The translations under genes were made by a program, and so were the position numbers. Shown piece after piece: positions 1 through 12,583 of a stretch of DNA of 64,000 nt. Positions within the stretch are counted from its first letter, which is position 1. The number at the start of each line of letters is the position of its first letter. The DNA is from Eledone cirrhosa (taxonomy: Eukaryota). The stretch is taken from assembly GCA_964016885.1 (NCBI GenBank), contig OZ024752.1:45384001-45448000 (forward strand), given 5' to 3'. Below the pieces are notes generated by a model. It made no database searches. It was not told the origin of the DNA and worked only from the letters and a program-made list of their open reading frames with translations.

Positions 1-652
1 ATTTATCATCAGAACCAAAGAGCAGACAAACGCAAGGCACAAAAGGTAAATTTTGGCTTTTCTCCCTTTTTCATATTTTCTCTGATATTATCATGGTTGT
101 TTGTGAAAGAGGAGCTATTTGATAGTAAAAATTAAACTATTGAATGATATTGTTGTCCTAATATTGTCAGAAATAAGTAAAACAAACTCGCTGTTGTCCT
201 AATATTACCAGAAATAAGTAAAACAAACTCACTGTTGTCCTATTAAGCCAGAAAATAATAAAACAAACTGAATGTTTCAACACACAATTTCACATCAAAA
301 ACGTTAGTAAACAAATACAAAATACATCACCACTATTGAAAGATAATTTTTCGATAAGGTTGTGGGATGTTCTTTGTAGTTTTTCCACCTTTTGTAGTTG
401 CTTCACATTTATCACTGATGGAATTAGAAAGAAAAATCACTTGAAACAAAGTCTTTCACAATAAAGCTAACCTTTCCATTTATCATGATTGCTAAAACTA
501 ATGAGTCTAGTAAGTTAGTGAAAGCCTCCCTTAATCACACGTCATCTAATCATCCATATAACTTCAATGGACATCAAACGCATCACAGTTTAGAGTTTGC
601 AGATATGTATCTGTCAGGGTAGAATATATATTTATATATATATATATTATCT

Positions 653-701
<49 letters not shown>

Positions 702-721
702 TAGATAGATAGATAGATAGA

Positions 722-804
722 AAATAATAATAAAAGGATGATTTGTATTATCTTCATTACATTTATTGATTGGTGAATCTACAGTAACTGCACATTACAC
801 TCCC
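722..804 (+). mobile_element. Internally deleted copy of the hairpin/tail element at 44409-44758
   Basis: aataataataaaaggatgatttgtattatcttcattacatttatt matches the left arm at 44409-44455. ggtgaatctacagtaactgcacattacactccc matches the tail end at about 44722-44754. Flanked by (TA)n/(GATA)n. Confidence 0.7.
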
Positions 805-899
805 TATATATATATATATATGTGTATATATATATATATATGTATGTATGTATATATATATATGTATGTATGTATGTATGTATATATATATATATATTG

Positions 900-1689
900 A
901 GGGTAATGACTGCATTGAGGTAATGACAACACTGAGGTAATGACCACACTGAGGTAATGACCACACTGAGGTAATGATCACACTGAGGTAATGGCCACAC
1001 TGAGGTAATGGCCACACTGAGGTAATGGCCACACTGAGGTAATGACCACACTGAGGTAATGACCACACTGAGGTAATGGCCACACTGAGGTAATGACCAC
1101 ACTGAGGTAATGGCCACACTGAGGTAATGGCCACACTGAGGTAATGGCCACACTGAGGTAATGACCACACTGAGGTAATGACCACACTGAGGTAATGACC
1201 ACACTGAGGTAATGACCACACTGAGGTAATGACCACACTGAGGTAATGGCCACACTGAGGTAATGGCCACACTGAGGTAATGACAACACTGAGGTAATGA
1301 CAACACTGAGGTAATGGCCACACTGAGGTAATGACAACACTGAGGTAATGACAACACCGAGGTAATGACAACACCGAGGTAATGACAACACCGAGGTAAT
1401 GACAACACCGAGGTAATGACAACACCGAGGTAATGACAACACCGAGGTAATGACAACACCGAGGTAATGACAACACCGAGGTAATGACAACACCGAGGTA
1501 ATGACAACACCGAGGTAATGACAACACCGAGGTAATGACAACACTGAGGTAATGACAACACTGAGGTAATGACAACACTGAGGTAATGACAACACCGAGG
1601 TAATGACAACACCGAGGTAATGACAACACCGAGGTAATGACCACACCGAGGTAATGACCACACCGAGGTAATGACAACACTGAGGTAAT
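900..1689. repeat. 17-bp minisatellite (gaggtaatgacmacacy), about 46 copies
   Basis: Direct tandem periodicity; it explains the 17-aa repeat ORFs at 763-1680. Confidence 0.95.
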
Positions 1690-2157
1690 ATTAAAAATAG
1701 AATCCTTTCTACATTAACTGAAACATCTAGAAGAAATAATGGTTTCTAAGTTAGACACATAGCCATCAACTTTTTATGTAAACAACTGGTGATGACACTA
1801 GCCCCAGTATATCTCTGGTAGTTTATTTTATCTTTGCCCAGGTAGATAAAAGAAGTTGTACCTTGTCATAATTTGAAAACAGAATATAAGTGGATGAAAT
1901 AGAAATTATTTTGTCTGCCAATCCACTCTTAATAGAATAAATTACACAAGTTAAACCTATAATGAGAAATCAATTGATTAATTTAGGTTCGTTAATGAAA
2001 AGATCACTTAGAATAAATATGTAAATAGAAACATAGAAAATAATTAAATAATGAAACAAATTCTAAAATTGTTGTCGGATGAATAATGACATCCTGACAA
2101 TGTCGGTCGATGTATATATAGCAATTGGGTATGTATATATATATATATATATATATA

Positions 2158-2183
2158 TACATCGCTATTTCAGAGCACCAATA

Positions 2184-2248
<65 letters not shown>

Positions 2249-2605
2249 ATTGGTGCTCTGAAATAGAGATGTATACATGAATGTATGTATAGTATATTTG
2301 GCAATATACCGTATGTTTAATTAAAAATATTTAGACGCTATCAGTTTTAAAGTAAGTGACTATGTCACTTACTTTTTTTTGGAGAAAGAACGGAGAGATG
2401 CTGACAGTCTGTTTTACACTGGTTGGCGATAATCAGAGCCACGTACTCCCCTGCTTCCGCCGAAAATTATAGAAGCTGGATTCTTATAGAATTCCAGTTG
2501 CCGAAAAGAAGTGACATATTCACTACTTTAAAACTGATAGCGTATGGTCTTCTAAATGTTTTTAATTAAACATACGGTATATTGCCAAATATACTATACA
2601 TACAT
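2158..2605 (-). mobile_element. Hairpin/tail element (arms about 2281-2370 and 2509-2605, tail about 2245-2280), plus an inverted tail copy at 2158-2182 across the (TA)n
   Basis: About 90-bp inverted arms are readable directly. tacatcgctatttcagagcaccaat is the reverse complement of attggtgctctgaaatagagatgta. Flanked by (TA)n. Confidence 0.7.
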
Positions 2606-2714
2606 TTATATATATATATATATGTATATATATAGTGAGAGAGAGAGAGGGGGGAAGATTGTTAGAGAGGAAGAAAAAAGACTGAGACAGTGTGTGTGAG
2701 GTAGTGAGGAAAAG

Positions 2715-2938
2715 CGAGAGAGAGGGGGGTATATATGTCTCAGTGAAAGATAGAGAGGGGGGAGTATATGTGTCTTAGTGAAAGATAGAGAGGGGGGTAT
2801 ATGTGTCTCAGTGAAAGATAGAGAGGGGGGTATATGTGTCTTAGTGAAATATAGAGAGAGGGGTATATGTGTCTCAGTGAAAGATAGAGAGGGGGGGGGG
2901 GTATGTGTCTCAGTGAAATATAGGGAGGGGGGGGGGGC
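2715..2938. repeat. 33-bp purine-rich minisatellite (agagaggggggtatatgtgtctcagtgaaagat)
   Basis: About 6.5 tandem units. Confidence 0.85.
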
Positions 2939-3007
2939 TAGAAATGCAGAAAGAAAAATAGAGACATTGTTGTAAGTGTTGTTAGACAAATTATTCATTA
3001 GAAATAG

Positions 3008-3440
3008 TTAACCTCTTCATTACCATATTCCTAATGAGATTCATAAGTTATGATTTTCAATAAATTTTGAAAATAATCAGCAATTTCTTAGAGCAACTAA
3101 CTCCTCATTATCTAATTGGTCTTTGAAACATAACTTAACAAATGTTCTTACATAAAATGATGTTGAAAGGTTTTTAGATAAAAATAACTACTTTAACACT
3201 TTCATTATCATGTTTCTAATGAAAAACACTGACTTTGGTTTTCAAATATTTTGACATTAATCAAGAATTTGGAGGGGGGTTTCATAAAGCAACAAACTTT
3301 CTGATTATTAGGCTGGTGGTCAGAATTATAAATTCACAAACAGTCTTACATAAAATTGTGATAAAAGGTTTTTAGATAAATATATACACTACTAACAATT
3401 TCATGTTTCTAATGAACGGCACTGCCTCTGGTTTTCAGTT
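3008..3440 (+). mobile_element. Degenerate interspersed repeat, tandemly duplicated; related copies at about 21820-22325 (-) and 31140-31250
   Basis: Shared ttaacc(t/c)...accatatt(t/c)ctaatga(a/g)a terminus and cttacataaaat...aaaggtttttagataaa core. The terminus resembles TTAA-CCC piggyBac-type ends. Confidence 0.5.
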
Positions 3441-4204
3441 GAGACAGTCAAAGACATAGAAAGATACAAGTGGAGAGGTTTTTCAAGAATTTTTAAGATA
3501 GTATTCCATGACTGTTCCTGGTGCCACCTTACAGAATATGCTGGGTGCATTTTCACCTACCACTAACACAACCACATATAGCATATACTGGGTGCATTTT
3601 ATTATGGCACCAGTACTACCAAATTATTGAGTGTACTGGGTGCATCTTCACCTACCACCAACAAAACCACTTATAGCATATACTGGGTGCATTTTATCAT
3701 GGCACCAGTACTACCAATTTACAGAGTGTACTGGGTGCAATAATTATATTAAATTTAAAATTATATAAAACATGTTTCTATTTAAAAATAAAATGAAATG
3801 TTTCTATATATTTTTCTATCTTTCCATCCCAACTTTCCACCTTCAACTTTCTCCTCTCACCTTTCCACCTCCAAACTTCCTCTTCCACTCCCCAATCAAT
3901 ATTGATCAACAGTCCCTATAGCTAAATAATGGCTCCTGCTATTTAATAACTACATGCCCCCTCCCCTCCCCCTTACTGATTTCTCATTGATCTCCCTCAG
4001 CAAAGAGGTATTCGACTTAATGTGTGGTTCTTATTGAAATATCACAGTCTCTTCTATTAACCGTCAATTTTGAAAATGGTTTGCTAATCAAATCATTGTA
4101 GAAGTATCTGTCAGGTAGAAGCTATAATTATTCCATTATGTCACAGAATAATTAATTATTGCCAGGAATTATAGCTCCACTGTACAGGTTTCATCATTAA
4201 TACA

Positions 4205-4600
4205 ACCACAACTGCCAAACACACATTCGCCCACCATCACAGATACCATTACAGCTGTCTGAGACACATTTACTCACCATCACTGACCCCACCACAGCTG
4301 CCAAACACACATTCGCCCACCATCACAGATACCATTACAGCTGTCTGAGACACATTTACTCACCATCACTGACCCCACCACAGCTGCCAAACACACATTC
4401 GCCCACCATCACAGATACCATTACAGCTGTCTGAGCCACATTTACTCACCATCACTGACCCCACCATAACTGCCAAACACACATTCGCCCACCATCACAG
4501 ATACCATTACAGCTGTCTGAGCCACATTTACTCACCATCACTGACCCCACCACAGCTGCCAAACACACATTCGCCCACCATCACAGATGCCACAGCTGTC
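4205..4600. repeat. 86-bp tandem repeat (dimer of related halves of about 43 bp), about 4.5 copies
   Basis: gccaaacacacattcgcccaccatcacagataccattacagctgtctgag... recurs with period 86. Confidence 0.85.
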
Positions 4601-4909
4601 ACAGTTACCCAACCTCACTGATACAACCACACTTCTCTCAGACTGTTATCCACCATCTGTATCGAAATCATTACTGGATATTAAGAGCTAACACTTCCAA
4701 TGTTCACAAAAGTCTATCTGCCAGAAAAGATACTAAATATATTTGAATTAACAAACCTATTTTTTGTTAATTCATTGCTGGATGTTAAGAGTTAATACTG
4801 CAGGTTTTCACAATGATCTGTCCAGTAATAGAGATACCCTAAACATTTGAATTAACAAACCCATTTCCAATGACTTTCTATTAAATCATTACAAGATGTT
4901 AAGATTTAA

Positions 4910-5436
4910 CCCATTAGCATTTAAACCAGCCAGAAATCTCTCACCTCTTTCTGTTCAAACTGGCTGTATCTGGCAGCACCTACTGATGTTAAGGTATGAT
5001 TCTCAAAATAAATAACATCAAAATCTCATAGATTCGATATTATGTGAAATAATTATGTAAGGTAAAGCCTTTACTGTGAAAATATATATATCATCATTTC
5101 ATTTTACGTCCACTTTTCCCTGCTTGCAAGGGTGGGACGGGAACTGATTCTGGCTTGATTTCTACAGCTGGATGCCCTTCCTAACCAACCTCATTTACAG
5201 TGAGTGCTGGGTGCTTTTTTGCCGTGGCACCTCCACGACCACTTTGCAGTGGAATGATTTGGACCCCAGTCCCTATCATCTCATTTCTACAGCTGAGTAA
5301 ACTGGAGCAATGTGAAATAAAGTGTCTTGCTCAAGGAAACAACACATCACCCAGTCTGAGAATTGAACTCACAACCTTTCGATTGCAAGGCCAATGCTCT
5401 AACCACTAAGCCATGTGCAATGTAAATGCTAAAGGG
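4910..5436 (+). mobile_element. piggyBac-like MITE interrupted by SINE sequence at about 5091-5418
   Basis: TTAA|CCCATTAGCATT ... AATGCTAAAGGG|TTAA termini. The body matches the copies at 37064-37284 and 61681-61947 in the opposite orientation. Confidence 0.75.
5262..5418 (-). mobile_element. tRNA-derived SINE, 5' part (V-SINE-like)
   Basis: The reverse complement has a tRNA-like head (tggcttagtggttagagc...gagttcaattctc) then ttccttgagcaagacacttt...ttgctccag. Near-identical to 11989-12150 and related to 53527-53770. Confidence 0.75.
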
Positions 5437-5502
5437 TTAAACATTTCTTATGTACTTATACAATTTGTTAATTTTGATATTATATTTTCGTGTTACTTTC
5501 AG

Positions 5503-5685
5503 AAAGCACGACTGGCTCGTATCCGGATGGCTAAGAATGCTAGCGGTGCGGCCTTTATAACTAGCAAGAAACGTACTGAAGAGGTCGTACTTGCTAGGGA
5601 AAGTGGTCTTGAAGTAGATGACTACAAAGAAGATATATTCGAGTTACAGCACCATCATCTTTTAACCTGTCTAGAAAAAACAACT
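5503..5685 (+). CDS. Shal: Kv4/Shal potassium channel, internal coding exon (proximal cytoplasmic C-terminus)
   Basis: tttcAG acceptor at 5501-5502 and GTaagt donor at 5686; 183 bp, phase 0/0. Encodes KARLARIRMAKNASGAAF...FELQHHHLLTCLEKTT, the hallmark Kv4 post-S6 motifs (KARLARIR, QHHHLLxCLEKTT). Confidence 0.95.
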
Positions 5686-5885
5686 GTAAGTACTATCATT
5701 GCCATTTTTTTACATATGCATATATTTGATTTCATATATATAATTCTTGTTTGGTCATGAAACCATAGGTGACAAATGGATTATCATGTGTACGAGTCAT
5801 AATAAATAAAATATGAATATAAATATACACATAACATATATCATCATCATCATCATCATCATTTGACATGTGTCTTTATATATAT

Positions 5886-6089
5886 ATAGGAACGAGTAGG
5901 ACCCCGACGGGTGAGCTCAAGCCATTTTGACGGCTAATTCTGGACTAAAAAAGTCCAGAATTAGCCGTCGAAACGGCTTGAGCTCAGCCGTCGGGGTCCT
6001 ACTCATTCCTATTACACACTCTACTACCCTCTAAGTATTGAGTACTTTGGTGCGTTATGGTCCATCTGGTTCCGTACCACATTTCCTTC

Positions 6090-6094
<5 letters not shown>
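5886..6094 (+). mobile_element. Hairpin/tail element carrying the 3' half of a hammerhead ribozyme
   Basis: About 60-bp arms (5886-5946 and 5952-6012) around an AAAAA loop. The right arm has GAAAC-GGCT-tgagctc-AGCC-GTC (stem III plus GUC). The tail contains ttgagtac. Flanked by (TA)n. Confidence 0.8.
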
Positions 6095-6126
<32 letters not shown>

Positions 6127-6133
6127 TTAGGTT

Positions 6134-6180
<47 letters not shown>

Positions 6181-6185
<5 letters not shown>

Positions 6186-6249
6186 CACCTGATGAGTGTA
6201 CTAGACATTTCTGTTAGGATTCTCTAGTGAAACCTTTGGTAATGGAATA
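6181..6249 (+). ncRNA. Type I hammerhead ribozyme-like motif (minimal stem III)
   Basis: tatttcac-CTGATGA-[gtgt actaga...tctagt]-GAAAC-c-ttt-g-GTA-atggaata. Stem I pairs 7 of 8 positions; the base of stem II is imperfect. Confidence 0.6.
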
Positions 6250-6285
6250 ATTATATTGTTGTTTATTATGTAATTAAATAGCTCT

Positions 6286-6331
<46 letters not shown>

Positions 6332-6342
6332 CATATATATAT

Positions 6343-6392
<50 letters not shown>

Positions 6393-6428
6393 TTCAAAAT
6401 ATTAACAAAATAGATATTCTTGTGATCA

Positions 6429-6503
6429 ATTATATTATATTATACATATTTCAGAGGTACTGAGTTAAGTTCAACAGTACGTCCTCATCAGATAAAATAA
6501 AAT
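6429..6503 (-). ncRNA. Type I hammerhead ribozyme-like motif
   Basis: Reverse complement: attttattttat-CTGATGA-ggacgtactg-ttgaacttaact-cagtacctct-GAAAT-atgt-ATA-atataatataat. Stems I and II pair. Confidence 0.7.
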
Positions 6504-6765
6504 GATGCATGGCATACCCTGACATAGTAGATATTTAAGATTCAGTCATGGTAGTGATTAACTTATGACAAAACTCAATATTTATACCCTAATATTGAGA
6601 ACATGAGATAATATAATACATACAATAGAGAGGGTGCGTGTAATAGAGTTTAAGAAATACATCTTTGATGTATTCATTGAACCTTGTTTAACTTTTAAAT
6701 ATATATATATACATAGATATATATATATACATAGATATATATATATACATAGATATATATATATA

Positions 6766-6814
<49 letters not shown>

Positions 6815-6840
6815 CTATATATATATATGTATATATATAC

Positions 6841-6983
<143 letters not shown>

Positions 6984-6984
6984 C

Positions 6985-7033
<49 letters not shown>

Positions 7034-7034
7034 C

Positions 7035-7105
<71 letters not shown>

Positions 7106-7106
7106 C

Positions 7107-7146
<40 letters not shown>

Positions 7147-7159
7147 ACATGTGTGTGAA

Positions 7160-7285
7160 TGAAGTAATTCCGTCGGAAAAGTCCAGGAAAAAAGAGTGCT
7201 CTATGTAGGTTACAGAGCTTAATAGTTATGTAATAAACAACATAAGATAATTATTTCATTTACCAGTGGTTTCTTGAAAGCAAAC
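7160..7285 (-). mobile_element. Single-arm copy of the element family at 6181, 35347 and 42182 (half hammerhead plus tail)
   Basis: Reverse complement GAAACcactgGTAaatgaaataattatcttatgttgtttatta...agctctgta...gagcactc is nearly identical to 35371-35460. Confidence 0.7.
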
Positions 7286-7499
7286 AAAATATATATATAT
7301 ATAAAAGGCCTTGGGTGCGCCGCTGACTGCTTTTAGATGTCCTGTATTAAGTGCCGAAACATCTTGATCTCGGTTTTACAGCTGATGAAGGATTTCTTTT
7401 CTTCTCTTGTTTCGTCCATATTACCATCTTAAACTTTGTTTACAGTAACCACACAGATCCTTTCATTTTTTATAATTATATATATATATATATATATAT

Positions 7500-7690
7500 G
7501 AACCAGTAAGACCCCGACGGCTGAGCTCAAGCCGTTTCGACGGCTAATTCTAGTCCAGAATTAGCCGTCGAAACGGCTTGAGCTCAGCTGTCGGGGTCTT
7601 ACTGGTTCCTATTACTCACTCTACTACCCTAAGTATTGAGTACTTTGGTGCGTTATGGTCCACCTGGTTCCTTACCACATTTCCTTCGTT
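7500..7690 (+). mobile_element. Second copy of the hairpin/tail element at 5886-6094
   Basis: Arms at 7500-7551 and 7557-7608, the same tail, (TA)n flanks. A third fragment lies at about 46891-46937. Confidence 0.8.
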
Positions 7691-7850
7691 ATATATATAT
7701 ATGTGTAGGTAGCACGGTGAAATACTGGTGTTGCTATATATATGTATATATATGCAGAAGTTATATTTAATTTGTTGGGATTCAACAAGCTTAAAAGTTT
7801 TATAACTGATATAAAGCATGCAACAGGTAATTGGTGTAAATATTCAATAT

Positions 7851-8040
7851 ATTAATTGTTTCTATTTTAGGCACAAGGCCAGCAAATATCCAGTACATTA
7901 CTGGTACTTTATTTTATCGACCCCGTAAGGATGAAAGGCAAAGTTAACCTCGGCGGGATTTGAACTCAGATCATAAAGGGCCGTAACTCTATGCTTCAAA
8001 GCATGGTGTCCGACTCTCTACCGATACTGGCAATCCTCCT
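7851..8040 (-). mobile_element. tRNA-derived SINE (Meta-domain-like core)
   Basis: Reverse complement of the family at 9548-9740 and 29248-29437. Confidence 0.8.
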
Positions 8041-8090
8041 TAATATTCCAATATATTAATAAATGGAAACTATATTTATAAAACCATAAT

Positions 8091-8155
8091 TATTTTATTA
8101 TATATATTTCAAGGGCAACCAAGGCAATTTTGGTGCACTTTCATCAGATAAAATA
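8091..8155 (-). ncRNA. Type I hammerhead ribozyme-like motif (related to 6429-6503)
   Basis: Reverse complement: tattttat-CTGATGA-aagtgcaccaa-aattgcc-ttggttgccctt-GAAAT-atat-ATA-ataaaata. Stem I is a perfect 8 bp. Confidence 0.75.
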
Positions 8156-8909
8156 CAAAATATGTTTTATAAATGTTGACATACCCGTAGAAAAACAACC
8201 TTGACGGTTGAAGATTTGCTGGATATATATATAAGGGAAAGAAATCGAAAATACAACTGGAGTCTTTTTAAGAATATTTATGTATTTCTTTTACCAGTTT
8301 CACAGTTCTTATGATTTTCAAAAGTGGAATTGAGATGGAGGGTTAGTGGTTTGTCTCGAATTTGCTGTCAAATCAGCAAGAGTTCAGTGGTTGGGCTTCT
8401 GACTCTCTACTTATATAGTAATGCACTGAGGTCGATTTAATCAACTTTCCCTCTCTGGTAATGCACTGGGGGTTGACTTAATCAACTTTCCCTTCCCCGT
8501 TAAATTTCTGGTCTTGTGCCTAAAGTAGAAAAAAATATTACTTGGTGTTGTTGTTGTTGTTATTGATATCGTTGCTATTGTTGTTATTGTTGTTGTATTG
8601 TGCTGTAGGGTGTAAATATGGTGCTACCAGAAGAGTTTGGGAAACAAATTATAGGTCCAGAATCTGTGTTGGATTGGCAGGTATACTCCTATCCTGCTGA
8701 AAGCTCAGTTGAAGAAGAGAAAACGGTGAGAATCAATTGGCACCATAGACAATCTCCTGCAGATTTAGTTATCATCATTTCAAACATCACTGCAGTGGAT
8801 GGTTAATTAAAACATCACTGCACAGTGAATACTTAATTAAAATACCACTGCACAATAACAGGTTAATTATATGAAACTGTTGGAACTTCTTGCAGCAGTT
8901 TCTAAGGGA

Positions 8910-9110
8910 ATCATCATCATCGTCATAATCATCATCTTCACCACCACCATCATCATCACCACCACCATCATCATCACCACTAACATCATCATCATCATCA
9001 TCACCCTCATCATCATCATCATCCTCATCATCATCACCATCATCATCATCATCACCATCATCACCACCATTATCATCACCACCATCACCATCATCACCAT
9101 CATCATCACT
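8910..9110. repeat. (CAT/CAC)n trinucleotide microsatellite
   Basis: Direct inspection; source of the poly-D/M/I ORFs. Confidence 0.9.
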
Positions 9111-9547
9111 GTTTAACATCTATTTTCCATACTTGATATCCCACAGTTAACCCTTCTACCACCATCACCCACCAAGATACCCCAGAGTTATCCATTCTAC
9201 CACCATAACCCTCCAAGTGTCCAACATTTCAATGTGTCTACTTAAGTGTGATGTATTCTTTAGGGGTTAAATTCGATGAAACGGTTGCCATCGTCTATGG
9301 AACAGGAAATGCAGTCAATAGAACGTGTGTTAACATGGAACTATTACAACTATTCAAGTGATGAGCCTGCTGAACAGAAACGGGTGAGAAATGGAGCACA
9401 TAATCACAGTAAAACCTGGCACTAGTATTTCCTACATGTTCTAGACCTGCTTTGGAGCACTCAACTTTCCCTCACTCTTCTCCCTGCCTTACCACTTATA
9501 TATCCTATATATATATATATATATAAAGTATTATTAATTCTACATGT

Positions 9548-9740
9548 GGGGTGGATTGGCTGTATCGGTAGAGAGTCGGACACCATGCTTTGAAGCATAG
9601 AGTTACGTCCCTTTATGATCTAAGTTCAAATCCCGCCGAGGTTAACTTTGCCTTTCATCCTTACGGGGTCAATAAAATAAAGTACCAGTAATATACTGAG
9701 ATAATTGCTGGCCTTGTGCCAAAAGTAGAAACAATTATTA
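9548..9740 (+). mobile_element. tRNA-derived SINE (Meta-domain-like core)
   Basis: A-box-like tggctgtatcggtag, B-box gttcaaatcc, then the core gcctttcatccttacggggtcaataaaataaagtaccag; multiple copies in the window. Confidence 0.8.
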
Positions 9741-10369
9741 TTTATTTATACATCACTACAGCCGTTTCAATGTGGTTAAAGTATCTCATCAATTGTTGGG
9801 TAAAAAAAACATTTATTAACTGTTCACTCGTAAAGAACGAAGGGTAAAAAAGTTCATCGAGCTTAATTCATCTTACCAATGAAAATAGTGAACACACACA
9901 TGTATATATATTTATAAAAAACACCCAAGAATCCATGCATTTTCAAACTAACACATGTGTCAGCTGACAAAATTTCATCCCGAGGTTATATAATTACAGA
10001 TTTAAACTTAAAATAATTTTTTTTAAATTTACTAAAAAGAAAAATTTTTTTCTAAAATTTATTTATGGGCAGTGATTTGAGATATATTTTCATCCAGGTT
10101 CATTTCATTTGTAAAAAATAGCAAAGAAAGGGGGGGGGGGGGGGAAAGAATAACGTAAAATTGTACAAATTCTATAAACAGATGTGTGTGTACGTGTGTG
10201 TGTGTGCACGTGTGTGTGTGTGTGTGTTGTGAGGATCTATCTATACGTGTGCATTTCTTTATCTCTTTCTGACAGTTTACCTGCCACTCCACTCAATATA
10301 TATTCTCCTTCAAACCATATATTAATTCTCTCTCTTTCCCTCCCTCTCCCTATCTTTCCATCTGGTAAG

Positions 10370-10740
10370 ACATTATTAAATTTGAAACAGTAAAAAGTAG
10401 AAATTTCGTAAAAAGAATCTTTTGAGATCAATATATAAAGAAAAATAACTCTCTATTGTTTGTTTTATAAGAGTGGTCTCCCTTGACAGTTAGAATTATT
10501 TAATCTCTAAATAATTGTTTCTACTTTTGGCACAAGGCCAGTAATTACCCAGTGCATTACTGGTACTTTATTTTATCGACCCCCTTAGGGGGTCGATAAA
10601 ATAAAGATTAAATAATTCTAACTGTCAAGGGAGACCACTCTTATAAAACAAACAATAGAGAGTTATTTTTCTTTATATATTGATCTCAAAAGATTCTTTT
10701 TACGAAATTTCTACTTTTTACTGTTTCAAATTTAAAATGT
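10370..10740. repeat. Fold-back inverted duplication (near-perfect arms of about 130 bp) centred in a SINE fragment
   Basis: 10376-10505 is the reverse complement of 10606-10735, with an inner palindrome at 10566-10606. Confidence 0.85.
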
Positions 10741-10907
10741 ATGAAACACACACACACACACACATACACACGCGCACACACACACGTGTGTGTATATATG
10801 TGTCTGTGTGTGTAAATGTGTGTGTGTGTGTGTGTATACATATGAGTGTGTGTGTGTATACTCTCTTGGATGGGTGTCTGTAGTATATACATCTTTATAT
10901 ATACATA

Positions 10908-10968
<61 letters not shown>

Positions 10969-11236
10969 GAGTGTGTGTGTGAGTATATATATATGTGAGT
11001 GTGTGTGTGTGTATACTCTCTTGGATGGGTGTCTGTAGTATATACATCTTTATATATATGTGTGTGAATGTAATTATGCTAGGGCGAGAAATAAAATTCT
11101 AATTGTATATATGTGTATATTCTCTTGTGTGGGTGTATATAGTATATATATATATATATCTTTATTTCATATTGTTTATGTGTCATATTTTAATTTTTAT
11201 ATTTCATTTTTTCTTTTACTGGGGGGTGGAGCACTA

Positions 11237-11861
11237 TTTCACATCTGGCCCAAGTCTATTACCAGATTTTAAAACATATATTTCACATCTGGCCCGAGTC
11301 TATTACCAGATTTTAAAACATATTTTTCACATCTGGCCCGAGTCTATTACCAGATTTTAAAACATATTTTTCACATCTGGCCCGAGTCTATTACCAGATT
11401 TTAAAACATATTTTTCACATCTGGCCCGAGTCTATTACCAGATTTTAAAACATATTTTTCACATCTGGCCCGAGTCTATTACCAGATTTTAAAACATATT
11501 TTTCACATCTGGCCCGAGTCTATTACCAGATTTTAAAACATATTTTTCACATCTGGCCCGAGTCTATTACCAGATTTTAAAACATATATTTCACATCTGG
11601 CCCGAGTCTATTACCAGATTTTAAAACATATTTTTCACATCTGGCCCGAGTCTATTACCAGATTTTAAAACATATTTTCACATCTGGCCCGAGTCTATTA
11701 CCAGATTTTAAAACATATTTTTCACATCTGGCCCGAGTCTATTACCAGATTTTAAAACATATTTTTCACATCTGGCCCGAGTCTATTACCAGATTTTAAA
11801 ACATATTTTTCACATCTGGTCCGAGTCTATTACCAGATTTTAAAACATATTTTTCACATCT
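11237..11861. repeat. 44-bp minisatellite, about 14 copies
   Basis: Unit tttcacatctggcccgagtctattaccagattttaaaacatatt. Confidence 0.95.
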
Positions 11862-11910
<49 letters not shown>

Positions 11911-11988
11911 CAGCTCACACTTAAGCAGGTTTAGCTGGCCTCCTCCAAGGTATATCTCGTTGGAGGTGTCTTGGGTGATTAATGATAG

Positions 11989-12150
11989 GGACCCCAGTCC
12001 TATCATCTCATTTCTACATTTGAGTAAACTGGAGCAATGTGAAATAAAGTGTTTTGCTCAAGGAAACAACACATCACCCGGTCTGAGAATTGAACTCGCA
12101 ACCTTTCGATTGCAAGCCCAATGCTCTAACCATTAAGCCATGCACCTTCA
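11989..12150 (-). mobile_element. tRNA-derived SINE, 5' part (V-SINE-like)
   Basis: Near-identical to 5262-5418. Confidence 0.75.
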
Positions 12151-12318
12151 CAATCTGGCCCAGGCCAGGCCAGATTTTAAAGCATATATTTCACACCAGA
12201 CTCGGGCCTATTATCAGCTTTACAAAGGCCCAAGTTTGATGTGATTTAAGTGTTAATAAAACAAATATTTCTCTTTACTAATTTTTTCTTTTTCTTTCCT
12301 TTCTTTTCTCTCTTTCAG

Positions 12319-12477
12319 GACAGGGAATTTACAGAGATGGACATGACATTTAGTGTCCCTCCTAACAAGCCTTCAGAGACTCCTCCACCCTCTCCTGACC
12401 CTTCACTGGCCTCTTTAGAGCGAAGGCGAATGACTGGATGCTGTACTTGTAGGTTTTCTCCACAACGCCGATTCCTG
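12319..12477 (+). CDS. Shal: Kv4/Shal coding exon (C-terminal tail)
   Basis: Long polypyrimidine tract plus cAG at 12317-12318 and GTgagt at 12478; 159 bp, phase 0/0. DREFTEMDM... continues EKTT in frame, as in Shal (EKTT-DREF), followed by a Ser/Pro-rich stretch and a GCC motif. Confidence 0.9.
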
Positions 12478-12583
12478 GTGAGTCTATTAAAAGATTAACC
12501 AAATAAACTCTTCTATTGAATTAGAATTGTATATCAACTGCTGGGTAGATGTAGAGATAATGGCAGTTTATATATCTTCAGAT

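Noticed and set aside
763-1680. Long Cys/His-rich ORFs in three frames
   Set aside because: Translation of a 17-bp minisatellite that lacks stop codons on one strand; no splice or protein-family evidence.
7305-7470. Island containing CGAAAC and CTGATGAAGGAT
   Set aside because: The core halves could not be joined by convincing stems in any hammerhead topology; at most a decayed remnant.
8280-8335. Minus-strand TTGAAAA...GAAACtgGTA, and a similar TTGATGAG...GAAACggctGTA at about 9750-9795
   Set aside because: Core substitutions and poor stem I pairing; too degenerate to call as hammerheads.
9548-9640. tRNA-like A/B boxes
   Set aside because: These are heads of multi-copy SINEs, with no intact cloverleaf or acceptor stem.
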